This document shows positions 53,223 to 63,764 of a stretch of DNA of 64,000 nucleotides, in pieces. Numbering within the stretch: the stretch's first letter is position 1; every line of letters begins with the position of its first letter. A model generated the notes under the pieces. That model searched no databases. It was given only the letters and a program-made list of their open reading frames with translations, and was not told the origin of the DNA. This DNA comes from Tannerellaceae bacterium. GTDB taxonomy: Bacteria; Bacteroidota; Bacteroidia; Bacteroidales; CAMTPD01. Both the position numbers and the translations under genes were made by a program. Where the stretch lies: NCBI GenBank assembly GCA_051660585.1, contig JBOFPV010000052.1:80331-144330 (forward strand), given 5' to 3'.

Positions 53223-54435
53223 GATTTCGGATAAGGTTTTTTACGTGGGTGTGAACGACCGTCAAAAACATCTTTTTGAAAATTTGTGGCCTTTGCCACA
53301 CGGAGTATCGTACAACTCCTATTTGATCGCTGATGATAAAACTGCACTTTTCGACACGGTAGATATTGCTTTTGCCGATGTGTTTCTAAAGAAAGTGCAA
53401 ACTGCTTTGAATGGTCGTAATCTCGACTATCTGATTGTAAATCACATGGAGCCTGATCATGCGGGTTCGATTGGTTTTTTGCGTGCCGCATATCCTGATT
53501 TGAAGATTGTGGGTAACGCAAAAACGTTTGGCATGCTCGAAGGTTACTTCGGTATTACCGACGGATTGTATGAAGTGAAAGAGGGTGACGTGCTCGACCT
53601 GGGGCATCACAAACTTTCGTTCTACATGGCACCGATGGTGCACTGGCCAGAGGTAATGGTAACTTACGATGCTACGGATAAGATTTTGTTCTCGGCTGAT
53701 GCTTTCGGTACTTTCGGTACACTCGATGGCGCGGTGCTTGATAAGGATATGAATACGGATGTGCATTTCTCGGAAATGTATCGTTACTATTCAAACATTG
53801 TAGGTAAGTATGGTGCGCCGGTACAAAAGGCGTTGCAAAAACTTGCCGCTCTTGATATCGCGATGATTTGTCCACTTCACGGTCCGGTATGGACGGAGCA
53901 GATTCCGCGTGCATTGTGTATCTACGACCAGTTGAGCCGCTACGAGGGCGAAGACGGTGTCGTGATTTTGTATGGCAGTATGTATGGCAATACAGAGCAA
54001 ATGGCAGAAGCGGTTGCTACCGAATTGGCCCAACAAGGTGTCAAAAACGTGATTATTCACAACGTGTCGAAGTCGCACGCTTCGTATATGATTGCCGATG
54101 TATTCAGATACAACGGATTGATTGTGGGTAGTCCTACCTATAGCAACAAACTTTTCCCTGAAGTGGAGTCGATTTTGTCTAAACTCGAAATCCGCGATGT
54201 GAAGAACCGTTACTTCGGTTACTTCGGTTCGTTTACATGGGCTGGTGCTGCGGTGAAAAACCTAGCTGCTTTTGCCGAACGTATGAAATGGGAAGTTGTG
54301 GGTGAACCTGTAGAAATGAAACAGGGTATGAAGGAAGCTGCTTATGATGCTTGTTTGTTGCTTGGTAAAGCAATGGCAGATAAAATCAAGGGAGGTGAAA
54401 TGAATATTCCTGAAAAAAAGTGTAAAGAGGCTTGA
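53206..54435 (+). CDS. FprA-family A-type flavoprotein (flavodiiron protein)
   Basis: Metallo-beta-lactamase-like domain with di-iron motif NHMEPDHAG, plus a C-terminal flavodoxin-like domain (ILYGSMYGNTE). Confidence 0.85.
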   Translation: MYKLTEISDKVFYVGVNDRQKHLFENLWPLPHGVSYNSYLIADDKTALFDTVDIAFADVFLKKVQTALNGRNLDYLIVNHMEPDHAGSIGFLRAAYPDLKIVGNAKTFGMLEGYFGITDGLYEVKEGDVLDLGHHKLSFYMAPMVHWPEVMVTYDATDKILFSADAFGTFGTLDGAVLDKDMNTDVHFSEMYRYYSNIVGKYGAPVQKALQKLAALDIAMICPLHGPVWTEQIPRALCIYDQLSRYEGEDGVVILYGSMYGNTEQMAEAVATELAQQGVKNVIIHNVSKSHASYMIADVFRYNGLIVGSPTYSNKLFPEVESILSKLEIRDVKNRYFGYFGSFTWAGAAVKNLAAFAERMKWEVVGEPVEMKQGMKEAAYDACLLLGKAMADKIKGGEMNIPEKKCKEA

Positions 54436-54508
54436 TGATACCGAGCCTCGGCACCAATAAGGCTTTGATGCGTCTAATATCAAATAATCTATTTTAAGCT
54501 ATATAACA

Positions 54509-55318
54509 ATGAGATTAATTATTCAACCAAATTACGACATGTTGTCGCAATGGGCAGCGCACTATGTGGCTGCTAAGATCAGAAATGCTAACCCTACTGC
54601 TGAAAAGCCTTTTGTACTTGGCTTGCCTACAGGTTCGTCTCCTCTTGGCATGTACAGAGCGCTTATCGAGCTTCACAAGAAGGGTATCGTGTCGTTCCAA
54701 AACGTAATCACGTTTAATATGGATGAGTATGTAGGTTTGCCACAGGATCACCCTGAAAGCTACTATTCATTTATGTGGAACAACTTCTTTAACCACGTAG
54801 ATGTGAAACGTGAAAACGTAAACATCTTGAATGGTAACGCGGCTGATCTTGAAGCTGAATGTGCTGCTTATGAGGCTAAAATGAAGGCTGTAGGTGGTGT
54901 TGATTTGTTCCTTGGTGGTATTGGTCCTGATGGTCACATCGCGTTCAACGAACCGGGTTCTTCTCTTGCTTCTCGTACACGTGTGAAAACACTTACTCAA
55001 GATACAATTATCGCAAACTCTCGTTTCTTCGACAACGATGTAAACAAGGTTCCTAAGACTTCGGTAACTGTAGGTGTGGGTACTGTGCTTGACGCAAAAG
55101 AGGTATTGATCATGGTAAATGGTCACAACAAAGCGCGTGCACTTGCTCAGGCTGTACAAGGTTCGGTAAACCAAATGTGGACAATCACTGCGCTTCAATT
55201 GCATCCTAAAGGTATCATCGTATGTGATGAGGCTGCTTGCGAAGAGCTTACAGTGGGTATCTACAAATACTTCAAAGATATTGAAGGTGCACACCTTGAC
55301 CCAGCGTCAATGTTGTAA
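54509..55318 (+). CDS. nagB: Glucosamine-6-phosphate deaminase
   Basis: [17 protein letters not shown] and [16 protein letters not shown]; 269 aa. Confidence 0.95.
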   Translation: MRLIIQPNYDMLSQWAAHYVAAKIRNANPTAEKPFVLGLPTGSSPLGMYRALIELHKKGIVSFQNVITFNMDEYVGLPQDHPESYYSFMWNNFFNHVDVKRENVNILNGNAADLEAECAAYEAKMKAVGGVDLFLGGIGPDGHIAFNEPGSSLASRTRVKTLTQDTIIANSRFFDNDVNKVPKTSVTVGVGTVLDAKEVLIMVNGHNKARALAQAVQGSVNQMWTITALQLHPKGIIVCDEAACEELTVGIYKYFKDIEGAHLDPASML

Positions 55319-55339
55319 TCTTACATTATATTGAAATAC

Positions 55340-55378
55340 AAAAGGCGTCGTGTACATTGGGTTACACGACGCCTTTTT
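55340..55378. terminator. Bidirectional terminator between nagB and the TonB-dependent receptor gene
   Basis: 15-bp perfect stem AAAAGGCGTCGTGTA / TACACGACGCCTTTT with an 8-nt loop. Confidence 0.85.
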
Positions 55379-55402
55379 GCGTATAGGAGGCTTAGTCTTT
55401 GT

Positions 55403-57484
55403 TTAGAATCGGAGGGATACCTCGCCGTATAGGTAGCGTCCCATGCTGAGATTGCCTTTGTCGACTACTTGTCTGTCGAAGAGGTTGCGGGCATTGAAGC
55501 TTACGGTGAGTTTGCTCGCAAAGGTGTGCCATAGTTTGAGATCTACGGTACCCATGGCCGATAGTTGCTCTTCGTTGAGATCGTCTATGTATTGCTTGCT
55601 GTATTGTACGTAAGCGGTGTTGATATTGACATAGCGATTCCACCAAGTGAAGCCGGCCGATACCTTCGTTTTTGGAACATAAGTCATGTAATGACCGGCA
55701 AGGTCGGTCTCTTTTCCGAAGATGCTGGCGGTTCCTTCCTTGATTTTAGCGTGGGTGTAGCTAAATCCGGTGAAGAGGTTGAAGTGATCGCTTAGGTTGA
55801 AGTAAAGATCGGCTTCTGCTCCGAAGATGTCAGCTTTGGCCAGGTTGGTCTTGCGGAAGAGAGGTCGCTCTTTGTTGCCCATCTGAATGGTTTCACCGGT
55901 ATTGACATTGTAGATAAAGTCGGTACCACGGGTGTAGTAAATCGATGGCGAAAAGGTGATGAATCGGCAAGGGGTAAGGTCGGCTCCCAGTTCGTACGAC
56001 CATACATGCTCGGGCTTGAGATCGGGATTGGCGATCACTACGCCGCCATTGATAGCTCCGGTGCGGGTCATGTCTTCGAGGGTGCCGGGACGGAAACCTC
56101 GGGCTACGTTGGCAAAGATGCGGTAGTCGTTGTTGAAGGTGTATTGTACAGACAACTTCGGACTGAAGGCATGCCAGGTTGCATTGGGTAGTTTGCCGGT
56201 AAACTGCTCGAATACTTCCGTTACTTTAGTGGCGTCTTCGATAAAGTAGCCGCCATTGTACACACGTGCTACGTCGTAACGAAGCGATGGTACGAGTTTG
56301 AGTTTGCTGTCGAGTAGTGTAAATTCATCTTGTACCCAAATACCAAATTGCATGCTGGTACCTTTGTTGATCACTTTGTCGGTAGCGGTACGATACAGGT
56401 CTCGTCCGTTTACATAGCCGCCTTTGTATTCAGCTCCGGCGCTAAGGATATTTTGCGAACCAATGGCTGTGTGCATATTTCCCCAAAGTCCCCAGTCGCG
56501 ACGCTTGGCATCTACATCAAAGAGGTCTTTGCCTTTGCTTTTATTTTCGGAATAGTCTTCTTGTGCATAAAATGCGGCAACGTTCCAGCCGGTATTTCCG
56601 TTGGTGCCTTTGTAGTGCAAACGGTAGTTTTGGTCTTTGTAGGTACTTGCCATATCGAGTTGCCCTTTTTGCGGAGCATTGAAATAGTATCGTTCGCCAT
56701 TACCTCGTGTTCCTTTGTAGAATACACCGGTGGCTTCTATGGATTGATGTTCGGTGATGTTGAAACCAACAAGTTTGTTAATTCCGAACTCGTTGAGGAA
56801 GGATGCGATGGAGCCTTCGTTGCGGTCGGCTTTAGGTGTGGTATTGTATCCGTCGCTTTTGCGGTACATTCCTGAGAGTGTTCCGTATATTCGCCCCAGA
56901 TTGGTTCCAATCATGCCACGGGTGCCGAAGGTGCCCATTTCTCCCCATGAAAAGCGGGCCGAACCGTCGAGTTTGCTTACGGGACGTTTGGTGACAATGT
57001 TGATGGTGCCTCCCATGGAGTTTCCTCCGTAAAGGGAAGAAAGTGGTCCTTTTACAACTTCGATGCGCTCGATGTTGTCGGAATTGATCTGGTTGAGATC
57101 TACACTGCCGGTAGAGGCTTTATTGGCCGGAACTCCGTCGATAAGAATGAGGGTGCGACCTTGCTCATAGCCCATGCCGCGAAGTGATACGAGCGACTTT
57201 TTGGAAAGGAAGCCAAACTCGCGGTTGTAGTTGATACCTGAGATTTGATTCAGCGCATCTCCTGCCGAGGGTTGCGGATTGGCCGTGAGGCGAAAAGAGG
57301 GTAGTACCTGAATGCGTTGTGGGATGGTCTTGATCTCTTGCGGGATGCGGGTAGCTGTAACTACGACCTCGTTTACATTGTATAGTTTTAACGTGTCTGC
57401 CTCATTGTTTTGTGCAACTGCCGATATGGAGTAGAGTGTAGTTGCAGTGGCCATAATAAGTTTGGGGGTGATCGCGATCTTCAT
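55403..57484 (-). CDS. TonB-dependent outer-membrane receptor
   Basis: Signal peptide, plug domain (EVVVTATR, LRGMG), repetitive beta-barrel, C-terminal ...YGEVSLRF ending in an aromatic residue. Confidence 0.88.
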   Translation of the reverse strand: MKIAITPKLIMATATTLYSISAVAQNNEADTLKLYNVNEVVVTATRIPQEIKTIPQRIQVLPSFRLTANPQPSAGDALNQISGINYNREFGFLSKKSLVSLRGMGYEQGRTLILIDGVPANKASTGSVDLNQINSDNIERIEVVKGPLSSLYGGNSMGGTINIVTKRPVSKLDGSARFSWGEMGTFGTRGMIGTNLGRIYGTLSGMYRKSDGYNTTPKADRNEGSIASFLNEFGINKLVGFNITEHQSIEATGVFYKGTRGNGERYYFNAPQKGQLDMASTYKDQNYRLHYKGTNGNTGWNVAAFYAQEDYSENKSKGKDLFDVDAKRRDWGLWGNMHTAIGSQNILSAGAEYKGGYVNGRDLYRTATDKVINKGTSMQFGIWVQDEFTLLDSKLKLVPSLRYDVARVYNGGYFIEDATKVTEVFEQFTGKLPNATWHAFSPKLSVQYTFNNDYRIFANVARGFRPGTLEDMTRTGAINGGVVIANPDLKPEHVWSYELGADLTPCRFITFSPSIYYTRGTDFIYNVNTGETIQMGNKERPLFRKTNLAKADIFGAEADLYFNLSDHFNLFTGFSYTHAKIKEGTASIFGKETDLAGHYMTYVPKTKVSAGFTWWNRYVNINTAYVQYSKQYIDDLNEEQLSAMGTVDLKLWHTFASKLTVSFNARNLFDRQVVDKGNLSMGRYLYGEVSLRF

Positions 57485-57619
57485 TATTTTTTATTTCTCT
57501 TTTGACTTTATCTTAAGAACACTTTTGTTTTAAAATAGTTTGTATAAATTTACAGCAATGAGGGTGTGACCTTAAACCTCTGAATAGTGTGATTGAAGAA
57601 TTAACCTAATCTGAAAAAC

Positions 57620-58492
57620 ATGAAAATTAAATTTTGGCAAATAGGAGTATTGGCACTTATAGCATTCACAGCCACGAAGGTGCGAAAGGCTTCGGCTGAT
57701 TGTGTGCCCGACCATACGTTTACGGCAGGTATTGAAGGCCCTGCTACGGATAGCTTCGGAAATGTGTATGCGGTAAATTATGGCGAAGAGGGGACTGTCG
57801 GGATATTGAGACCGGATGGTTCGCATGGTATTTATCTAAAGCTTCCTGAAGGATCTATCGGCAATGGGATTCGGTTTGGAAAAGACGGTGCGATGTATGT
57901 GGCTGATTATACGCAGCACAATATACTGAAAGTGGATACTGCATCGAAAGAGGTGTCGGTGTTTGTGAACGAACCGCGCATGAACCAACCCAATGATATT
58001 GCAATGGCTCCTAATGGGACAATTTATGCGAGTGATCCGGACTGGAAGAATGGGAAAGGACAGTTGTGGATGATTACGCCCAATGGTGGTGTTGAATTGC
58101 TCGAAACGGATATGGGCACCACAAACGGAGTAGAGGTGAGTCCCGATGGTAAGACCTTATATGTAGGGGAGTCGAACCAGCGTAAAATATGGGAGTATCA
58201 AATCAATGACAAGGGAATACCTGAGAAAAAACGATTGCTGATCTCTTTTCCCGATTGCGGACTTGATGGGATGCGTTGTGACGTAGAGGGTAATTTGTAT
58301 GTAACGCGCTATGATAAAGGTTCTGTTGTTATTTTATCGCCTGATGGTTTGATCCTCGACGAGATAAAACTAAAGGGTTTGAAACCCTCTAATATCACAT
58401 TTGCCGGAACAGATCGTATGGTTTGTTTCGTAACAATGGCAGACAGGGGTTGTTTCGAAACCTTTGCCGCACTTAATCCCGGGCGCGAATAA
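57620..58492 (+). CDS. SMP-30/gluconolactonase/LRE-like beta-propeller protein (secreted)
   Basis: Signal peptide. Repeated propeller blades with NG......G..YV.D patterns and PNDIA..PNG.IY.SD. Confidence 0.7.
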   Translation: MKIKFWQIGVLALIAFTATKVRKASADCVPDHTFTAGIEGPATDSFGNVYAVNYGEEGTVGILRPDGSHGIYLKLPEGSIGNGIRFGKDGAMYVADYTQHNILKVDTASKEVSVFVNEPRMNQPNDIAMAPNGTIYASDPDWKNGKGQLWMITPNGGVELLETDMGTTNGVEVSPDGKTLYVGESNQRKIWEYQINDKGIPEKKRLLISFPDCGLDGMRCDVEGNLYVTRYDKGSVVILSPDGLILDEIKLKGLKPSNITFAGTDRMVCFVTMADRGCFETFAALNPGRE

Positions 58493-58606
58493 TCACTACT
58501 TTATTTTAAGGCATCTCTAAGATATACTCTGAAAAAAGTGGTAAGATGTAATAACAGATTTCTCCTTCCTCCTGATGTATCGTCGTTGTCGCATCAGAAG
58601 GTATAA

Positions 58607-59215
58607 CTACAGGTGGAGATGTCCTTTGCCTTGTCTGATGATTTCAAAGGAGTCGTCGAGGCAGTTTACAACAGTGGAAGGGATAATAGCTCCATAGCCT
58701 CCGTCGATGACCATATCGACAATGTTCTCATATTTTTCATCAATGAGTTCCGGGTCTGTCGTGTATTCAATCATGTCTCTGTCGTCACGAACGGTCATAC
58801 TCAATACAGGGTTGCCTAGTTCGTTTACGATCTGACGAATGATGTTGTTGTCGGGTACACGAATACCTACTTCTTTCCGTTGCTTGAAGATCTTAGGAAG
58901 TTCGTTGGTAGCGGGAAGAATAAAGGTGAAAGGACCGGGAAGGTTCTTCTTCATTACTTTGAATGCCGTGTTCGATACTTTTGCATAATGACTAATATTG
59001 GATAAGTCATAGCAAATGATGGATAGATTGCTTTTGCGTGGATCTACTCCTTTTAGTTTGCATATCTTTTCCACTGCTCTCTGATTGAGGGCATCACAGC
59101 CGATCGCGTAAATGGTATCCGTAGGATAAATGATCAATCCTCCATCTCGAAGTATTTCTACGGCTCGAAGTATTTCGCGTTCGTTCGGATTGTCTGGATA
59201 TATTTTAGTTAGCAT
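58607..59215 (-). CDS. tsaC: L-threonylcarbamoyladenylate synthase (TsaC/YrdC/Sua5 family)
   Basis: YPTDTIYAIGCDA, LKGVDPRKSNLSIIC and PGPFTFIL. Start moved to internal ATG 59215. Confidence 0.85.
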   Translation of the reverse strand: MLTKIYPDNPNEREILRAVEILRDGGLIIYPTDTIYAIGCDALNQRAVEKICKLKGVDPRKSNLSIICYDLSNISHYAKVSNTAFKVMKKNLPGPFTFILPATNELPKIFKQRKEVGIRVPDNNIIRQIVNELGNPVLSMTVRDDRDMIEYTTDPELIDEKYENIVDMVIDGGYGAIIPSTVVNCLDDSFEIIRQGKGHLHL

Positions 59216-59296
59216 ACAACTGAGTTTTTTCAGAGTAAAAAAATACCTCTTTCTGAACAAGCCAGAAAGAGGTTAAGTTTATTTCTTTGACAAGAA

Positions 59297-60154
59297 TTAG
59301 CCGTAAATAACGTTTCCTTCCTCGTCTGTGTATTCTTCCATGCCCTTGCTGTATTGGTTCATGGCACGAAGACTCATACCCATGCTTGAGAAACCACCAT
59401 CGTTGAATAGGTTCTGCATTGTTACCTTTTTAGTAAGGTCTGAGAACATCGCGATACAGTAGTTTGCACAATCCAATGCATCAGCATTGCCTAGTGGAGA
59501 CATCTTGTCTGAGAAGTCAAGAAGGTCGTTCATTCCTTTTACTCCGCTACCTGCAGTTGTCACTGTTGGTGATTGAGAAATGGTATTGATACGTACTCCT
59601 TTTTCGCGACCGTAGATGTAACCAAAGCTACGAGTGATAGACTCAAGTAGTGATTTAGCGTCTGCCATATCGTTGTATCCGAAGAATGTGCGTTGTGCAG
59701 CAACGTATGATAGTGCTACTACTGATCCGCCTTCAGAAATTGCATCCATTTTCTTAGCAACTTGTAGCATTTTGTGGAATGATACAGCTGAGATGTCAAG
59801 TGTTTTTGACAACATATCGTAATCTAGATCATCGTAAGTACGTTTCTTACGTACGTTTGGCGACATTCCGATTGAGTGAAGTACAAAGTCAATTTTGCCA
59901 CCCAGTACTTCCATTGATTTTGTGAAAACCATTTCCAGGTCCTCTACATTTGTTGCATCAGCAGGAATAACTTCGGCGTTAAGTTTTTCTCCAAGCTCTG
60001 AAACTTGACCCATACGTACAGCTACAGGTGTATTTGTAAGGGTAATCATTGCTCCTTCTTCTACAGCTCTTTCAGCAACTTGCCAGGCGATAGACATATC
60101 ATTCAAGGCTCCGAAAATAATACCTCTTTTGCCTTTCAATAAATTAAAACTCAT
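59297..60154 (-). CDS. fabI: Enoyl-[acyl-carrier-protein] reductase (NADH), FabI
   Basis: LKGKRGIIFG..N..SIAW, with an SDR-type Y/K catalytic region (LSYVAAQR...MADAKS). Start moved to ATG 60154. Confidence 0.9.
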   Translation of the reverse strand: MSFNLLKGKRGIIFGALNDMSIAWQVAERAVEEGAMITLTNTPVAVRMGQVSELGEKLNAEVIPADATNVEDLEMVFTKSMEVLGGKIDFVLHSIGMSPNVRKKRTYDDLDYDMLSKTLDISAVSFHKMLQVAKKMDAISEGGSVVALSYVAAQRTFFGYNDMADAKSLLESITRSFGYIYGREKGVRINTISQSPTVTTAGSGVKGMNDLLDFSDKMSPLGNADALDCANYCIAMFSDLTKKVTMQNLFNDGGFSSMGMSLRAMNQYSKGMEEYTDEEGNVIYG

Positions 60155-60211
60155 ATCAATTGATTTATATATGTGCGCACAAAAATACAAATAATGTGCA
60201 AATCACAAAGG

Positions 60212-62680
60212 CTATTCTCTAAAATATACTCGTTTAACACGCGGAGATACAGAGGTGAATATTTCGTAGGGGATGGTTTGAAGCTTGTTGGCAATCTTTT
60301 CTACCGGGTATTCCTTGCCAAATATTTCAACAGAGTCTCCTTCTGTGGTGTCTACATCGGTTACGTCAATCATGCAAGTGTCCATGCAGATGTTTCCGAT
60401 AATCGGACATACTTTTCCATTAATATATACTTCTCCTACACCATTGCTCAAGTGACGATCCATACCATCGGCATATCCGATTGGAATGATGGCGATGCGG
60501 GAAGGACGAGTGGCAATGCTCTTACGTCCGTATCCGATGCTTTCTCCTTCTTTAACATCGCGTATCTGAAGGATTGTCGTTTTGAGTGTGCTTACAGTGC
60601 GGAGCGTGTTTTCTCCTTGCGCGTTGATGCCGTACAAACCGATACCCAATCGTGCCATATCGAATTGATACTCCGCAAAGCGTTCTATGCCGGCAGAGTT
60701 AAGGATGTGCTTGATCACTTTACGACCGAGTCCTTCCTCTAGTTCTTGAGCTGCTTTGCTGAATGTTTCGATCTGTTGCATTGTGAATGAGTCTAGCTCG
60801 GGCGTATCGCTTCCTGCCAGGTGTGAGAATACGGAACGTACAATCACTCCGTTTTGATTCTTGATACGTTCGATAACTTCCGGTATTTGCTCCGAATCAA
60901 AGCCAAGACGTTTCATTCCCGTATCGATCTTTAAGTGGATCGGGTAGGAGGTGATTCCTCTGCGTTCGGTTTCTTTGATGATGGCATCGAGCAGACGAAG
61001 GCTATATACCTCCGGCTCTAGTTGGTTGTTGAAGATGATATTAAAGCAGCCAAACTCCGGATTCATTACGACAATAGGAATGGAGATTCCTTCTTTACGT
61101 AACTCGGCACCTTCATCGGCTACGGCTACCGCAAGGTAATCGCAGCGATGGTCTTGGAGCGTTTTGGCTAGTTCGTATGCACCGGCTCCATAACCGGAAG
61201 CTTTCACCATACACATGAGTTTGGTTTCGGGCTTCAGCTTCGATTTATAATGATTGAAATTATAGACAATAGCGTCAAGATCTACTTCCAGAATGGTTTC
61301 GTGCATGCGTTGCTCAAGACGCTCGGCAATGCGCTCGAAATGGAATGCTCTGGATCCTTTGATCAAAACGAGTTCATTCTTCAGGTTTTTGATACTTTCC
61401 GAATGTAAGAACTCTTCTGTAGTTTGATAAAACTCGGCTTCAAGATGATCAAATAAATCGGCATTGCTTTTGATGTTGCGACCGATTCCGATCATTTTGT
61501 CAACCTTTTTACGACGTACCAGCTCTGCTACTTTCTTGTAGAGGTTCTTAGGTAACATCCCCGTTTGAAGGATGTCGGAAAGAATCAGGGTGCGTTTTCC
61601 TCCCAATGGAAGCAAGCGGCGCATCTGAAAGTCGAGGGCAATATCGAGTGAGTTGATATCGGAGTTGTAGGTGTCGTTGATCAATGTGCAGTTGTTGACT
61701 CCTTGTTTCACCTCCAGACGCATGGCTACCGGTTCGAGATTGTGTTGCTCGATGTTGAGACTCTTTGAGCTTGGCTTTAAATATAAAATAAGAGCCAGGC
61801 AATGCAGGATGTTCTCGATCGATGCATCGTCTGAGAATGGGAAGGTAAATACCTTGTCGTATCCGACTAATGTGCAGTGGATCGTAGTGGAATTTACACC
61901 TTTCTCAATGGATGATATATAAAGGGGAGCGTCTGTGTCTTTTTTTGACCAGCCGATTATTTTATGGGATAAGAATGCGGCATCCAGACAATCGGTTATA
62001 AACATGTTGTCAAGATCGCAGATGATTGCGTCACAGTTTTTGAACAGCTCGAGTTTTTCAAGACACTTCTCTTTGTAGGATGTGAAGTTTTCTTGGTGAG
62101 CTTCTCCGATGTTGGTGATGATTCCGATTTTGGGCGCAATTATAGATTCAAGCTTGCTCATCTCATCCGCTTGAGAGATTCCGGCCTCAAATATACCTAA
62201 GGTATGCTTCTCATTGAGTTGCCATACCGATAATGGAACACCAATTTGTGAGTTGTAGCTGCGTGGGGAGCGTACGATGTTGAAGTCTTGATTCAGCATT
62301 TGATACAAGAACTCCTTTACCATGGTTTTTCCGTTACTTCCGGTTATAGCAACCACGGGAATGTCAAAGCGGTTACGGTGGTAACGTGCCAGTTGTTGTA
62401 GGGCTGCAAGGGTGTCTTTGACAACCAGAAAGTTTGCATCTTTCATTTCTTCAAATTCGGGATGCATCTCGCTTACAACAAAATTGCGTACACGTAATTG
62501 GTACAGCTCCGGTATGTATTTATGGCCATCGTTGTTGTTGCTTTTTAAAGCGAAGAACAGCGATTCCTCTGGAAATGATAGGGATCTGCTATCAGTTAAA
62601 AGTATTTTTATTTTCGCATCTTTGAGCTCATTGGTCGAAGCTCGAAGTATTTTGGAAACTTCGTGTATTGAATAGTCCAT
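60212..62680 (-). CDS. Bifunctional UDP-MurNAc-tripeptide--D-Ala-D-Ala ligase (MurF) / alanine racemase (Alr)
   Basis: N-terminal Mur ligase P-loop ITGSNGKT. C-terminal racemase domain with PLP-lysine context MVKASGYGAG and ..GYADG..R; 822 aa. Confidence 0.9.
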   Translation of the reverse strand: MDYSIHEVSKILRASTNELKDAKIKILLTDSRSLSFPEESLFFALKSNNNDGHKYIPELYQLRVRNFVVSEMHPEFEEMKDANFLVVKDTLAALQQLARYHRNRFDIPVVAITGSNGKTMVKEFLYQMLNQDFNIVRSPRSYNSQIGVPLSVWQLNEKHTLGIFEAGISQADEMSKLESIIAPKIGIITNIGEAHQENFTSYKEKCLEKLELFKNCDAIICDLDNMFITDCLDAAFLSHKIIGWSKKDTDAPLYISSIEKGVNSTTIHCTLVGYDKVFTFPFSDDASIENILHCLALILYLKPSSKSLNIEQHNLEPVAMRLEVKQGVNNCTLINDTYNSDINSLDIALDFQMRRLLPLGGKRTLILSDILQTGMLPKNLYKKVAELVRRKKVDKMIGIGRNIKSNADLFDHLEAEFYQTTEEFLHSESIKNLKNELVLIKGSRAFHFERIAERLEQRMHETILEVDLDAIVYNFNHYKSKLKPETKLMCMVKASGYGAGAYELAKTLQDHRCDYLAVAVADEGAELRKEGISIPIVVMNPEFGCFNIIFNNQLEPEVYSLRLLDAIIKETERRGITSYPIHLKIDTGMKRLGFDSEQIPEVIERIKNQNGVIVRSVFSHLAGSDTPELDSFTMQQIETFSKAAQELEEGLGRKVIKHILNSAGIERFAEYQFDMARLGIGLYGINAQGENTLRTVSTLKTTILQIRDVKEGESIGYGRKSIATRPSRIAIIPIGYADGMDRHLSNGVGEVYINGKVCPIIGNICMDTCMIDVTDVDTTEGDSVEIFGKEYPVEKIANKLQTIPYEIFTSVSPRVKRVYFRE

Positions 62681-62682
62681 AG

Positions 62683-63672
62683 TTATAATGATTCTAGCTT
62701 CTTTTCTAATGTGTCAACTTCATTTTGAATATCAAAGAAATGAAATTTATTCTGAATCTGTTTCACCTTTAACAAAGTTTGCAGTATGAATTGTTTGTAG
62801 CTGGCACTATCGGGGCGAAGTGGGCGATGTGATAGTGCTTTTTTAATTTGTTGCCATTGTGCCATAATTTCCAGGGTTTCTTTTGAGAAGTAGCATGCAG
62901 AGAACTTTTCCCAAATATAATCCACTGCAATAGTTGCCGGATGGGTCATATCGTCGGCAAAGAAACGGTAGTCGCGTAGTTCGTCAAGTACAATTTCGTA
63001 GGCCGGGAAATAGAATACGTTGTTATATTCTTTTTGCAGTTGATCTATAGATAATTGTAAAGTTGCTTTGCTTAACTGATTCTCATGAGCACCGTCTTTG
63101 AGGTGCCTGATGGGGCTAACGGTGAAGATGATTTTGAGTTGGGGATTTGCTTGCTGCAGGTCTTTGATTAAAGCTGACCAGGAAGCAACAATTTCTTCTA
63201 CAGAAACTCGGCTTCTGTCAAAAGCTTTGGCGGGTAGTTTATGGCAATTGGATACAATCTTTCCGTCTTGCTTGTTGGTATATACGAACGCGGTACCAAA
63301 TGTGATCAGTAAGATTGTGGCTTCTTTAAGAAACTGAGCCGAGGATTGAAGGCGGCTATTGATTTGATGAAGCGTTTGCTCCGGTTCTAATCCTGAAAAT
63401 GAACCGTGATGATCAAAGCTATGATAAATGTCGTTGTGGTAGATCAAGTCTGATGATTTATATTGGGTGCCCGATAGCATGCGACGAAGGCTTTTTTCGA
63501 TCGAAAGCGGGTTGTATAGGATGCCGAAGGGGTTCATGTCTGTATTGAATTTACAGTCCAACAATCTGTTGCCTATATTTTCGCTAAAACAGGATCCGAG
63601 TAGCAGTAATTTGTCTGTGTATGAGATTGTAATCTCTTTTAAAGAGGGCTCAACAATGGTGCGAAAGTTCAT
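62683..63672 (-). CDS. GSCFA domain-containing protein
   Basis: Eponymous motif LLLGSCFSENIG near the N-terminus; 329 aa. Confidence 0.75.
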   Translation of the reverse strand: MNFRTIVEPSLKEITISYTDKLLLLGSCFSENIGNRLLDCKFNTDMNPFGILYNPLSIEKSLRRMLSGTQYKSSDLIYHNDIYHSFDHHGSFSGLEPEQTLHQINSRLQSSAQFLKEATILLITFGTAFVYTNKQDGKIVSNCHKLPAKAFDRSRVSVEEIVASWSALIKDLQQANPQLKIIFTVSPIRHLKDGAHENQLSKATLQLSIDQLQKEYNNVFYFPAYEIVLDELRDYRFFADDMTHPATIAVDYIWEKFSACYFSKETLEIMAQWQQIKKALSHRPLRPDSASYKQFILQTLLKVKQIQNKFHFFDIQNEVDTLEKKLESL

Positions 63673-63764
63673 AGTTATTGATATGTTACAATGTAAATTT
63701 GAATAACAAAGTTAGACTATCTACAGTTTATTCTTTACATTTGCCAAAAATATTATTCCTGATA

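Noticed and set aside
57485-57619. Possible riboswitch (cobalamin/TPP) upstream of the TonB-dependent receptor
   Set aside because: The leader is only about 135 nt and is shared with the divergent SMP-30 gene. I could not find the conserved cores of TPP (CUGAGA...ACCUGA) or cobalamin (B12 box) elements on the minus strand.
60173-60742. 189-aa plus-strand ORF overlapping the alanine-racemase end of murF-alr
   Set aside because: It is codon-aligned antisense to a strongly supported gene, and its start overlaps the fabI promoter region. No family resemblance.
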